In this document: piece by piece, positions 24,086-36,850 of the stretch
Position numbering within the stretch: position 1 is the first letter of the stretch
Layout: every line of letters begins with the position of its first letter
Origin: Nemertoderma westbladi
Lineage: Eukaryota; Animalia; Xenacoelomorpha
Assembly (NCBI GenBank): GCA_032718475.1
Contig: JAUCBJ010007289.1
Location: forward strand, 186,001-250,000
Direction: 5' to 3'
DNA length: 64,000 nt
Made by a program: the position numbers and the translations under genes
Notes under the pieces: generated by a model
The model's input: only the letters and a program-made list of their open reading frames with translations
What the model was told of the DNA's origin: nothing
Database searches by the model: none

Positions 24086-24606
24086 CGTTGTACGCTACTG
24101 TTAAAGGGACATCACGCTACTATACGTATTATTTAATATACGGTATGAGAGCAATATTGCAAGAAGCAATGTCAGTGAGAAGAGGCAAGTCGTTTCCAAG
24201 GTCTACCCAGAGCTTGGTTTAGCCGAGACACGAGGATCTGAACTTTGCATTCCTAATACTCTACTTACCAATAATACTTGAGCATAGTAGGAGCTTTATT
24301 GTACTTTAATAAGTACGGACATTTCATCTTACTGTAGTCACGTATTTATAATATGATACAGACAGTAAGGAAAGAGAAAATAATTATTTCTCGCCGTTAT
24401 GCCTAAATACATATAATATAAGTAATTAAGTAATAAACACGAATATATATTGCACTAATTCTACTAAATTATCGCTAAAATAACATTCTACTAAATAAAA
24501 TTAAAGAAAACGATTATAATAAAATTACATAATAATACATACATAAATATAAAAATAATAAAAACAAATATAAAATAATATAGTCACACACCCACTCCAG
24601 ACGCTG

Positions 24607-27600
24607 TTACGTTGGGGAGTCCCTAGATGTTTGTTGGATTAGGGAGGTGGTCGTGGGAAGAGTATCTTGCCTTCCATAGTTTCCGGACAGTTCTCTGTCT
24701 CTTTCCAGTAAACATAAACGACCAACTGGGGGATTGAGTTGTTGTGTTTCGAATACAATTCCAGGTTTCCTCTTCGACCTGGAATAGTGATGATAGAAAC
24801 ATCGCTTCAAATGCACGACAGCCTTACAAAGCCGATTCCAGGAGCTATAGTGATTTATCGCTCTCTGCAGGAGAGGTGAGAATCCCTGCGAGACGCCTGG
24901 TGTTCCAGATTTCCAGTCTTTTTCTCTGATTTCCACAACAGATTTATTTGTGGCGGGGGAGTTTAGATCTACAGCGTCGTCCCTGGAAATGTGTAGTACA
25001 GACCGATCTATCACGGGTTTGAATTACTTTGATTTACTCGTCCGGGTATTAGGTTTGACTTTCTCCGCTCCCTTGGCTTGTCTAATCTCAGCCGTGGTAA
25101 GATGGGGAGGCCATTCATCTTCTTCTTTACTTAGGAAGTCGGGTCCACCTAACCAGTCCGGAGTATCTATCAGTTCTTGAGGGGTTGCTCCTCTGGAAGC
25201 GATGTCGGCTGGATTAATCGTCCCAGGGCAATGTCTCCATTGATCTACATTAGAGTTAATATCGTCATTATCTGAGGAGTATGGTATTCCCTCAGTTGTG
25301 GTCTCTCCCTCACTGATTTCTTCTTCCCATTCACTCACCTGATGGACTTGGTCGTTAGGTAGCCTTTCCATGAGTGTCCTACGGGAAGGTCCAGTGAAGT
25401 ACCAACCTACTCTCGTTCTTCCCGCATATGTTTGTAATGGTTGCGTTCGAGCAGGTCGTTTCTCAAATGTCTCAAGCGCCTCATGCGCATTTTGGCCGAT
25501 TAATATTTGCACCCCTGGGTAGTCGGTGTTGAATCTAGGGATATTATATTGCTGGGTAAAATCGTCTTCATCCCAGTTGTAAGGTTCTACTTGGCTGGTA
25601 GCAAAGTTCTTTATCGCCACCATTTTTACTGACCTTATGATGTGTTCTCCTAGTTCGTCTTGGGGAGTGGACAATGCACCTACATAGTAGTCTGTAGCTA
25701 CTGTAGATTTCCAAACCTGCATAATTCCTGAATGGTTCAACTTAGTTCGGAACTTGGGTTGTCCTGCAAAGATGTCTTCAGCTAGTTCTTTATCGATGAA
25801 CGTTCCTGTGCTGCCAGAGTCCAGGAGTGCGTTGACTATAAAACTCTTACTTAATCCATGGACTCTTAGCTGAACTACGGGGAATTCCCGGATTCCGACG
25901 TTGGAAGTTGGTGCTTTCCAAGATGGTTGTCGGTCAGGAATAACCAGGTGCGCTTTGTTATCGGTTTCAGTCTCATACGTAAGCGCTCGATACACCGCGG
26001 TGTTTATCAAATAACAGGATTCGTTTTCGTCGGAGAATTCGTCCGTGTAGAATCCTTCCATCTCAGAACTTTGGTCAGTGTCGTTCACATCACTGAATTG
26101 GACATGTAGTTCGGGCTCACTTACTTGACTCGTGCGGGTTCTTTCAAATTCTGTGTGCAGCAAGATATGATGTTTTGCGCCGCACATCGCACACCTTGCG
26201 TCGGAGTAACAGGTTCGCCATTGGTGTCCTTGTCTGAGGCAATTATAACACAACCGCTTATCCCACATGACTTCCCGTCTATCCTTTAATGATTTCCTCA
26301 TGAATTCATCACACACACTTAAACGGTGGGGCCCGTCGCACAGCACACATTTTGGTTTGATGTTACTTACCTTACTTTGGGTAACGTTGTGCACACTCGT
26401 TCTTTCCTCGGGCTTTCTTACATGAATTCTCTTAGGAGACGTAGGAGGAGTTTTTCTTACCTGTTCTCTCCTGTCATTGGTTCGAGACTTGAATTTACTT
26501 ACGTCCTTAGGCGCTTTGTTGTCATAGTAAGATCTTTCAGTGTCTTTCCCGCTGTCTTCCTCTTGAGAAGCCTGGCTTTCGCCGTCGTCTGTATAACACA
26601 CTGGTATTACCTTTCTCCTAGAAATGGGTTTCTCCCTTACCTTATTTTCCGGTGTCTTCTCTCTGGACTGCTTTAGGAGCTGTAATTTTACCTCTCCATC
26701 TAAGAATGACATGAGATCAGCCATGGTAGGGTCTCGTCGTTGTTGTTCCATCATATATAACACTTTCTTATCCCAGCGTGTACCTACTCCACCCTTCGGG
26801 TTCGGGTTCGTGAACAGTCGTACTGGGCACAGGTGATTTAGTACTGTGCAAAGGGAATTTAGAGGTAGGTTCTGGAAGTACAGGTGTCTCCATCACCGAA
26901 GGGGTGGCTTTGAGAACAGGCCTAATTATTTCAGGCTCATCTACTATAGTAGGGAGTCTTTCTACTCTAATAATTTGGTCAGTGGGTTCTGTACTACCTA
27001 AGTCTGCACTAGCTAGTTGCCTTCTCACAGCTGGGGGCAAATTAGGCAATTTCTGATGGTGAGGCGTTCTTCTACGTCTGCTGGAACGAGATCTATTTCC
27101 TCCGCCTTCAGGATCTGTTGTATCGCCTTCATCAGATGATGTAAATCCCTGTCTCTTGGGAGTAGATCGACTTATCATCTGCATATACTTAGCAGTTCTT
27201 TGTTTATTGAAGTAATCTTGCTTCTCTTGAAGATTTTCCAACTCTAGTTGGACTGTCTCTTCAGATGCCCTCCATTCTGCTGCTGCCACTGCCTCTGCCG
27301 CCTTTCTTTCCGCTTCTGCGGCTACTACCTTGCTTTCCGCTTCTGCCTCTGCCGCCGCCGTTGCCGCTGCCACTTTTCTTTCCGCTTCTGCCGCTGCCGC
27401 TTTTCTTTCAGCCTCTGCCGCTTTTCTTTCAGCCTCTGCCGCTGCAGCTGCCGCTTTCCTTTCAGCCTCTGCCACTGCCGCTTTTCTTTCAGCCTCTGCC
27501 GCTGCAGCTGCCGCTTTTCTTTCAGCCTCTGCCGCTGCCGCTGCAGCTGCCGCTTTTCTTTCAACTTCTGCCGCTGCCGCTGCTGCTGCCTTTCTGTCTT

Positions 27601-28756
27601 CTATCCTTTTTTTCTTTAATTGTTCTTCCTGTTCCCTGGCGATGAGGATGTTTTCATCAAATTTAGCCTGCTCTACGGCTAACATTTCCGCATCTAATGC
27701 TTCTAACACAAATTTGGCTCCCTCACTAGTAGGATGAAGTCCAGATAGTCGTCTCCTTAGCTCTTCGTCGCCTATAAATCGTTGATAGTCCGACAGATAG
27801 ATGTCAATGGCGTCCTTCTTCTGAGGTTTCTCTAATGTAACCTCGCTTTCCACCTGAGAAAAGGTAGCGTCTGTTGATTCTCCGTGGGTCGAGCGCTCAG
27901 TTAGCTGAATTTTCCATTGGGTCGTTCCTTGAACTTTGAGACTTACCCGTTGGAACCAAGTCTTTACGGCAACTTGCAACGACGTGTCTTGGCTTCTTTT
28001 CGAAGCTTCCTCAAAGGCCGATAGGATTAGTCTGATTCTTAGGATACGTTCTCGAACTTGATAAAGCAGCTCTCCCTGCTCTTGAGGTCATTGGGGTTGT
28101 TGAAACAGTTGTTCCTCTAATTGCTCCAAAGAGCTGAAGAATCCCTGTACATATCCTGCTGCCAACCTCTTCCACACAGCTGGATCTCTAGTGTCCTTTA
28201 CCACTCCCATCCTGTATAAGTCCTCCCAGGCAGCTTCCGATAAGTTAAACGGGAGTCCGGGTCCGGGGAAGTTCCATTGCATCTCGACAATAGACTTCAG
28301 TTCCTCCGTTGTGTATCCCGCCTTTGTCGATCGCTTACTTCTCACCCAATCGATTTGATGTTCCTCCACCGCAATCAATACTCTAGTGAGTACGGCTTCA
28401 GGAAGAATGAGAAGTGGATCCGAATAAACTGCTTCTTTCTTTGCTCCACGCTCGGGTGTCAAGTCTACAGTATCGGAACTACTGGAGCTATCGGGCCGCT
28501 GAGAAATAAGTTCTCGGCTCGGGTGTTGCTGCTGTTTAACAGCTGCCTCTTGGTCCCGCTTGACTTGAGCCTGAGTGCCTATGATAGACCTACGGTGCTT
28601 TACTAGCCTAGGATCTGATACTACTACTGAAGGGATGACTTTTCTTACAGTAGGAGGGGACTTGAACTTTGGTCTCAAATGTTCGGTACTCCTTTCGGAG
28701 TCGCAGACTGTTGTTTCTAGGAGACTATCTGACAGAGTTTGCTTTGTGTCAACCAT
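24607..28756 (-). pseudogene. B1 gag-pol remnant with the gag core, RT/RNase H and integrase deleted
   Basis: Comparison with B3 shows junctions near 26800 (gag core) and 25258 (SSDNDD|INSN..NPAD). A third junction near 24730 jumps to PVGRLCLLE, the pol end. Stop codon at 28088. Confidence 0.88.
27283..27595 (-). repeat. Coding repeat (AEAERKAAAA)n in the gag N-terminal extension
   Basis: About 9 units here and about 4-5 in B3 (56980-57150). Confidence 0.9.
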
Positions 28757-28894
28757 GTTTGATTGTACAGTTGAATGCCTACTACTATAACGACAGTTAA
28801 AGCAAGTCTAGTAATTCAGGATCAACTGTTAGCCTAGTAATTAATTACCGATATCGTTACTCAATGTAACGCGATATATATATAATATATTAGA

Positions 28895-29147
28895 ATACCG
28901 GTATACACTTATAGTATATATATAAGTATTATTACAGACTAGGGTTTGTCACAGAATACCGGTATATAATTTCAGCATAAATATATATAAATATATAATA
29001 AGCCTACGATGAATACCGGTATACAGCTTACACTTATAGTATATATAAGTATAATTATAGACTAGAATTAATTACAGAATACCGGTATATAATTTCAGCA
29101 TAAATTTATAGAAATAAATATAATAAGCCTATCGTAAATACCGGTAT
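28895..29147. repeat. Five ATACCGGTAT palindromes in the B1 leader
   Basis: Start positions 28895, 28956, 29013, 29079 and 29138. Confidence 0.9.
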
Positions 29148-30655
29148 GTCAATTATTTTATAATAACTGAATTTATGAATTTTAGGTTTACTTTTCTTTA
29201 CTTTATTACTGTTATTAAGCAGTAGTCCAACTGATATTAAGACCTAATTGATGGATAACAGGCCTACTATTTAATAAATCGGTTTGAGTTGATTTATAAT
29301 ATATATATACCCGTATAATGGGTTTTTGTCAATGTTTGAAATAAATGTTATTATTTCTGGGTAAGGAGTCACTACACAGAATCTGGATGCTCTCAGTGGA
29401 GTGCTACTTGTTGGACTCTAAAACAAATAATTCTACTTTACTAAGTTACTTATTACTACAAATTACGTACAATTACTGGGTGAGATTACAATCTCTAAAT
29501 AAACACAAAAAATTACACGTACAAATTTTAGGGTAATTTTACAGGAAATCTACAAACCAGCCTAACAAGGGGTTATAATTTCTGGTTATTACAAACGGAC
29601 AGGATACTACGGTATTTGAAAATAATTAAGCAGTAGTAAATAAATTGCGTTGTCTAGATTTGAAAATACCACCGTCTGATGACTTATAGTCTTTAGCTGT
29701 ACAGCTCTATAAGTACTACATTATGTACCCAGAGTGTCCTTACCTAGAAGTTAATTACCGCAGCCAACCAGAGCTAACGTGCCTATTAACCACTTTACAA
29801 CACAAATATACTGCCTACACACTAATTACCTTCGGAAAGTACTGTACACTAAACCCTAAATTAGGTACAAGTACTTATACAACAAATAACCAGCAGTTAA
29901 AAATACTTGTACAGCTAAAAGAACCACAGTATCTGCTGGAGTGACTAGAGCATAAAATCACCAGTCTTTACCTACGCCAAGCAGCCCTGATGTAGTACCG
30001 GGGTTAATTTAACTATAACGGTATGTATAACAAGCACAATTACTGTAGGAATAAACTTAGGGAGTTATGTATGTTGCGAATACTCGCATAGACTCTGAAT
30101 AATAAATAAATACGCTACCCGTGCAGACTACACAAACAAAATACAAACCAAACGCTGGCAGACTACTATCAAGCCTAAATAAACTACAGTATATGCAGAC
30201 TCCGAAATGGTTAGTTAGTAGGCGTTCTAACCGAGTAGTACGACTTATTCTTTCGGGGGGGATTTACCTTACAGCACTGGATGCCCCCACCTTCCTAACT
30301 AGTACTTTATCGGACATACACTCTACACACACTGCAATCTCTTCAGACTTAACAACAGCCAGACAACAATCCAGCCTACAAATTATCTGTACAATTTGAG
30401 CGGGCTTACACGCCTTCTGCTCAATATTACACTTACATATAAATAAAACTGACAGAAATAAGTAAAAATCCCAATAAAAAACCAGGGCGGCCATCCCTGA
30501 TTAAATATCAAGACCTACCGGTATATAATTATCAAAATCGAATAATACTGCTGTACCTGTAAGTACCGGTTCGGGTAGTCGGGCATTCAGGCCTACAGCT
30601 TACCGGTCGACCGGTACGTTTGACTTTATTGCCTACGGTGCAATAAAGAATCTGA

Positions 30656-30666
30656 AAATCTATTAT
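30656..30666 (-). promoter_or_regulatory. Non-tRNA PBS of B1 (ATAATAGATTT), complementary to LTR site 31473-31483
   Basis: Directly follows the LTR-terminal CA; 11/11 complement lies inside its own 5' LTR. Confidence 0.7.
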
Positions 30667-31897
30667 TGTTCGCGCTTTCAGACCTTTAGCAGTTTAACCT
30701 GCCAATTTTAGGTGTCCTCTTGTTTATAAATCGACTTTAGCTGTAACAATTATTTAATGCACATGAAGTAACATTAGCCGAAGCCAGTCTATGTTCGATC
30801 ATTCACCCACAGTTAAAGGAGACTGGATTCGGATGCTTTGACCTTATTGCGTTGCAGACCTACTGTATTATTCGATTGATTGTTACTATATAATCTCTGA
30901 CAATATTATTCACTTTCAGGGAAATATTAACAGTTCCTTTAGGACGTGGGGCTTTAAGTATAAAACAGAGTTATGACTTATACTAAACACAACGAGATGG
31001 CTACTGATTTTCGTAAATAGCGCATTCTTTAGGAGATGCTTTATTATCTGTCACACTGCTGCATACGATTTCACACTGCTGCACACTGATCTGCCGACCG
31101 TCACTGAATTTGATAGCAACTGACACATGTAGGGATTATGAAATAGCATTTAATGCACACTAAAACCACTGTAATGTAAGTCGCAATTGCTACCAGTAAC
31201 CGGTCCCTCTAACCTTTAGTAATCAAGAAGATTGGGGGGTTTTATGATTATTTATCGATATTCTCCAAATATAACAACATATCCATCAACATATAACCAT
31301 TAATAACAGACAGTAAACAGAAGTAAAATAATGCGGTGATAGTCAGCCAGTTGACCAGTTTGTTGCACAGTTGCGCAGTGCAGGTGATCGGTTGACAAGT
31401 TGACAGGTGCAGTAGTACCGGTACCGCAGTTGCTAGATGCAGCCAGGTGCAGAGTTGTTCAGTGATTCAGAGATAATAGATTTACGTTCTTGTAATCAAA
31501 GCCGTCTAATGTTGGCCAAAGTCTGAAACTTCCAACACAGAAGTACAGAATAATTTCCAAGCAGTTGTTCTCGCTCAGAAAGGTAAACAAAGACTGTAAT
31601 GCATTGCGCGGCTTTCCGTAGGCCTCTGTGCAAAATAAAATGAAAATCGCTCTGATTGGTCGAGCGAGCCTGAACAAAGAAAGTTCCACATCGACATAAA
31701 ATCAGCTGACAGATTTCGTCATCTGAACTACACTCTATTTAGAGTATTTGGCGTATTGCGGCATAAAATGGCTTGTTATGTCCGCTAAAACACCTACAGG
31801 GTACATTGCGGAGAAAATGGCTTGTTATGTCCACTAAAACAACTAAACAGTTCATTGCGGAGAAAAATGACTGGTTATATCCGCAAAAGCTTTTACA
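30667..31897 (-). repeat. 5' LTR of B1
   Basis: Matches 19990-21246 apart from scattered substitutions and short indels. Confidence 0.95.
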
Positions 31898-31902
31898 GGA
31901 GC

Positions 31903-32206
31903 TCTATACAAGACTGTAATGCATTTACACTTCGACCCTTCTCCAGTGATCACTGCCTTATTGTGGCCAAGGTAAGACTTAGTCTGCGTGCTAGCAGAAC
32001 AACGAAATCTGCCTTGCCGCGGCATGACTGGTCCTCTCTGTTGCAACAGACAAGTGTGAGATCCAGCTTCACACTACAGCTGAGCAACAGGTATGAGGTT
32101 CTTTCCTCTGAGGCGGCAGATCACTGTGAGGGCTATACTGCCTTTACAGAAGCAGTTAAGTTAGCAGCTGCAGAAACAGTTCATGTATACCCTCGAAACA
32201 GGAAAA
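31903..32206 (+). pseudogene. RTE-like LINE fragment 2
   Basis: SSDHCLIVAKVRLSLR...FTLQLSNRYEVL, the end of the endonuclease and the linker typical of RTE. Confidence 0.8.
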
Positions 32207-32261
32207 TATACTAGGTTTAGATTCAGAGACCAATTAAGGTGACAGAAAAATGGTGGTTTAC

Positions 32262-32299
32262 TGAGTAATATTTCAGCCAACAGGCCTTTATCAAACTCA
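32262..32299 (-). ncRNA. Minimal hammerhead-ribozyme-like motif (variant core) in the Penelope 3' region
   Basis: TGAGT-TTGATAA-A-GGCC-TGTT-GGCT-GAAA-TATT-ACTCA: stem I, core with U3/A8, stem II, GAAA and palindromic AATATT. Confidence 0.55.
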
Positions 32300-32564
32300 A
32301 ACAATCAGATATATCTACCAACAGAGAAGCACAGTACAGACTCAGAATGCAATTCAAATTTCCCTCTAAAGACTATTGCACCAAAAAAGAAAAGATATAC
32401 AGTACATCAACTAATTTAATGTTTCTAATTTTAATTGCACCAAATTGAAAAATGATTGAAAAAAGTCTATTCTAAATTTTGCGTGTGTCGTAATAGTAAA
32501 AAAAAATATATATGAAAAATGTATATAAAGAAATTTTTTGTACCCGTGATAATGTTTATATTAC

Positions 32565-35105
32565 CTACCATCCCGTATCGAAATCTTTAGCGTGCTGTAT
32601 GTTAATGCTTGGTGTTTTTGTATGTATATATATAGATTGTGCTATTTTTCGATCTGGCCAGTCCTTACATTGCCGTAGAGTTAGTACTTGAAAAGGATTT
32701 TGTATTTTTAGACTATTTGGGTGTTCTGAAAGGTAATGTGATGCCATACTACTACTCGATGTGTTTCCTGATCTAACTGAATTACGATGTTTCATTGTCC
32801 TGTCCCTAACCCTAAGATATGATTCGCCTATGTACGTTTCGCCACAGATGTTACATTTAAGTTGGTAAACTATGTTCTTCTTAATACAATTTCTACAACC
32901 GTTACTGCATGTATAACAATCAGTATTAGGGGGGGCGGGGCACTTGGGTTTGTTAATGTTAGAACGTATAAGAGTATTTTTTAATTTTGGGCCGGGAATT
33001 GAGACTAATCTTACATTATTGTGGAAAGGGGAATTTGCTATAATTTTCTTTACTTTGCGTAGGATGTTATCGTTGATGAAAGGTAGTGCTAAGGGGAGAG
33101 TATCTTTATGCTGAATTGTTTTCCGGGAAGGTCCTCTCGTTACCTGATAGATTAATTTATCCACAAGAGCAACTGGAAAGTCATTATTAATCAGTGTGGT
33201 TCTTACAGAATTTAAACCTCTATTCTTACCCCCCGGGGTCGATCCGTAGTTGTTAGCTCGCTTAATAGCGTTTATCGCGGTGTTTCTGATCATATGCTTG
33301 GGATGTTTACTATAGAAGTTTAGTAGCACTCCCGCATTTGATGGCTTTACATAAAGTTCAAAGTCGATCAAACCATCGTTGTTAACTACGGTAAGGACAT
33401 CTAAAAAAGGTAATTTATAAAAAGACTTCTCCATGGTATATTTAATAGTGGAGTGGCAGGAGTTTAAATATTCCAAAAACTTATCCAGTTCATCCTCTCC
33501 GTGGCTCCACGTGGACCACCCGTCGCCAAGGAAACGGAACCAGGACTCAGGTGACAAGTGGTAGTCGTTGAGGAATATTGTTTCTTTAACGTGTATAAAG
33601 ATAATAGCGAAAGGGGCCGCTGATCGGTTCCCCATTCCCATCCCATGTGACTGCTCATAGTATTTATTTTCAAAGTGAAAATAACCTTTAGCAACAGCCA
33701 ATTGTAATAAACCATAAAAGTCAGCCATTGTAAGACCGAACATGTTCATTTCATGTTCATGTTTGGATACAAAATTTGTAACGACTTCTATACCTTCAGG
33801 AATAGGGATATTCGTGTAAAGGTTAACAATGTCCGTACTGAAAATAATATCACCCGGTTGCATTGGTGGTAATTTTCACCCTGTTCACACCCTGTTTATA
33901 AAGTCTATGGTGTTCCTTAAACGTTCTGGAACAAACTCAGCAACCTGTGTTAAAATTTGCGTAATGAGCCACGCCGGTTTCTCTAAAATAGAACCCATGC
34001 AGGGCGAAATTGGCCGCATTGGATTACCGATTTTGTGAATTTTTGGAATTCCATATAGTTCTGGAACTCGAGGTTTAACAGTTACAAATGAACCGGTTAA
34101 TGTGTCGGGCATTGATCTACACAAAATAGATTTGATGCCGGAGTTAGTCTCTGCTGTAATACGTGGGGTTGGATCGCATGGTAACACTTTATATGTGTTA
34201 GTGTCGCTAAGTATGTCGCTATGGATTTTATTGACGTAACCATTCCTGTCGAATACCGCAAAACCGCCACTCTTATCGGCTTTCTTAATAACGATGTTCT
34301 TCGACTTTGAGAGTTTATCCAGTGCTCTTCGCTCATCCGTGGTTAGGTTATCCTTATCGGGAGGGGTGAAACGACTATGATACTGGTATATTCCCAGAAT
34401 ATTAGTTTTAAGTTCGAGCAAATCTCGTTCACCCCGTGGGGTAGTTTGCTGAGGTTTACTTTTAATAACGTCCGGGAAAGGAACTCTTCCAAGAGAATTG
34501 CGTATTTGTGGGGTTGTAGGTTGCTTTGAGGTGCTGGCGGGTGTTTCTGATGGTGTTGTGGTGCTGGGTGCTACGGGTTGCGATGTGGTGGTAGGAGGTG
34601 CGGGTTGCGTTGTTGTGCTGGGTGCTGCAGGTTGCGATGTGGTGGTAGGAGGTGCGGGTTGCGTTGTTGTGCTGGGTGCTACGGGTTGCGATGTGGTGGT
34701 AGGAGGTGCGGGTTGCATTGTTGCGCTGGGTGCTGCGAGTTGCGTTGTTGTGGTTGGTGTTGGTTGCGGGGTAGTGTTGTTTGTTCTGCGTTGCAAAGAA
34801 ACCTGTCGTTGTTCTTCTATCGAATCCTTCCAGCGAATACCATAGGCGAATCGTTCTAACACTATTTCGGCATCTATCAAGACTTTGTCGTCAATTTGCC
34901 GGGTTGGAGCAAATTGCGGCCCCTTACCTAGTAGACTCTGTGTCGCAGTTGGAAGTGGTTCCGTTGTTAATATACTAACCCTAGGTTTAGACGGCAAGAT
35001 CGAAGTGTGTGTAGACGGCGAGATCGAAGTGTGAGTTCGTGCTATTGGTGTCATGCGCATGTGTAAACGTTTCAGTTTATCGCGATGTATATTTTGTAGT
35101 TTCAA
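32565..35105 (-). pseudogene. Penelope RT-GIY-YIG ORF; frameshift near 33870, catalytic DD degenerate
   Basis: KADKSGG, LYGIPKIHK..PMRPI, DIVNLYTNIP, GMGMG, RFLGDG, LPFLDV, NIVYQLKCNICGETYIGES. Confidence 0.9.
34553..34760 (-). repeat. 57-bp tandem repeat encoding a Thr/Pro-rich insert (QPAPPTTTSQPVAPSTTT)
   Basis: GGTTGCGATGTGGTGGTAGGAGGTGCGGGTTGC occurs three times. Confidence 0.85.
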
Positions 35106-35239
35106 CTGAACTTCTTCCTCTATATCCTTGCATGCTGCGTAGATCGGTTGTGTAAAACCTCTCTGAATCTAAACCTAGTATATTATGCTTAACGCAGTGA
35201 CAAGGGCACGTTCTCACTTACTAAACCGAAACAGGAAAA

Positions 35240-35874
35240 GGGCCCCCTGGACTAACAACAAAATTCAGAAGTGCCGAAATGACCTTCATAAGGCGCAGAA
35301 AGAGTCCCGACTCAAACAGACTACAGCGGCCAAGAATGCAGTTAAGGCTGCATCTAGGTCAGGGAACAGGCAGTACTCTGTTAATCTACAGGAGCTAATA
35401 AACCAACAGGTTGATGCCATCAATGATGCCGACGACAGCATTCAATCATCCCAGGCATGGAAATCTATCAATTTGCTTACTGGGCGGAAAAGCCAACCAA
35501 CCACCAAGGTTAAGACTGAATCACCAGCCGATCGCCTCAATGGTTGGAAAGCCCACTTTGAAAAGCTCCTCAATAATGACAGTGTATTGCCGGATAACTT
35601 CATAGAAGTAAAAGTGTCTGTGTCTGTACTCCCAGATATTCCCACTGGCGATATCTCCTTTGCAGAAGTGAAGGCTGCTGCAAAGAGCATTAAGACCAAT
35701 CGTGCCAGTGGAGTAGATGGTTTTCCCCCTGAGGTCTTTAAAATACCTGAGTGTTTAAAGCTCATCTATCCCATCATAGTAGACATGTACCGAATAACAA
35801 GAGTCCCACAAGAAATGAAAACAAAAATGTTGGTGCCAGTTCCCAAGAAGGGCAACCTAACACTGTTAAGCAAT
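35240..35874 (+). pseudogene. RTE-like LINE fragment 3 (linker and start of RT)
   Basis: WKAHFEKLLN, RASGVDGFPPEVFK, VPVPKKGNL; truncated by family C sequence. Confidence 0.8.
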
Positions 35875-36272
35875 CCAACTTGGTCCAACGAAATTTCTAT
35901 CTGTTGAACACAAGCAGGACCTTCAGAACCGTCGACTAAGAATATTTTACTGTTAATAACGATATGGCTCTGACAATCACGCGCTCCTTTCTCTGTCGAT
36001 TTCTCAACAGAGAGCTAACTGTTCGAATTTATAAGCCACAGCAATAACCAAAACAATAAATCTGAAATGGCTCCCTAAGCTACTTAATATGAGTGCGGTT
36101 GGTTTACACTCGCGTTCACTTACCACAGAGAAATACAGGAAGTTACTGGGCGAAACAATGTCGAATGTGAGAATATTTAATATGTATAATGGGATTTGAT
36201 ATTAATTTGCCCTAATGTCGAAAACCTTGGTCTGGCACTGGTTTAAGCCAGCGAATTTACTACTGCGCCACT
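35875..36272 (-). repeat. Family C LTR-like fragment C2, part 1
   Basis: Reverse complement aligns with about 9440-9830 (e.g. TTCGAACAGTTAGCTCTCT, GCTTAGGGAGCC, AATATTCTCACATTC). The left boundary is approximate. Confidence 0.7.
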
Positions 36273-36841
36273 CGTTAGCATATTCAATTCCGCTAGCCAA
36301 CCCCATAAAGTGAGCTTTAAGCAATATTGGGAACACGAGGTTGATAGCCAATATCAACCTCGTATCACCCCAATAAAATGGGGACAAGAAAACCCAGAGG
36401 ACACACACACAATAGGGGTCAGGGGTTACATCCCTGACAGAGAGGGATTAGCAGGAGTAAAGGGAAACACTCCAGGGGAGGTGAAAGGGCGACAATTAGG
36501 TTATTAGCCAATGGGGGGAAGGCATCGGTCAAGTAATGTAACGTGGCCAACCGTGCAATATATATTACCAGTAACCGTGTAATTAATTCACTTGTAGTAA
36601 GTCAGTTAGTTAGGGCGGTACTGGAACTCTAATCACCGTCTCCGTCTGCTGTCAGCAATATATCATCATTTACCGACCGGTACACTACATCAAACATCAA
36701 CTATTTGTGCTATTATCATTTATTATATTATATCCTTGAACCTATATACACCGATCAATCAATAACTCTTTCCATCTTTTCACATACACACGGCGGGGAC
36801 GCATAGACTAGAAACCGGGATCCTCGGTGGATCCCGTCACA
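36273..36841 (+). repeat. 5' LTR of A2 (first base mutated, CG instead of TG)
   Basis: Matches 51693-52266. TATA-like ATATATATT near 36559 and TCAGT at 36602. Confidence 0.95.
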
Positions 36842-36850
36842 GTGATTAGA
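36842..36850 (+). promoter_or_regulatory. Non-tRNA PBS of A2 (GTGATTAGA), complementary to LTR site 36628-36636
   Basis: Directly follows the terminal CA; 9/9 complement TCTAATCAC lies inside the LTR. Confidence 0.65.

Larger units (their letters stand above)
19990..31897 (-). mobile_element. BEL/Pao family B, copy B1: full-span, internally deleted, 5-bp TSD GGAGC
   Basis: Near-identical LTRs at 19990-21246 and 30667-31897. GGAGC at 19985-19989 and 31898-31902. BEL gag Cys/His motifs, LLDSGS protease and NPADIASRG. Confidence 0.95.
32207..35226 (-). mobile_element. Penelope-like element, 5'-truncated, 13-bp TSD CGAAACAGGAAAA
   Basis: TSD at 32194-32206 and 35227-35239; RT plus GIY-YIG ORF; 25-bp terminal inversion. 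Confidence 0.9.

Noticed and set aside
27248-27737. Cys-rich, Leu/Pro-rich and Ala-rich ORFs on the plus strand (also 34498-34859, 56888-57172)
   Set aside because: Antisense or alternate-frame shadows of coding tandem repeats.
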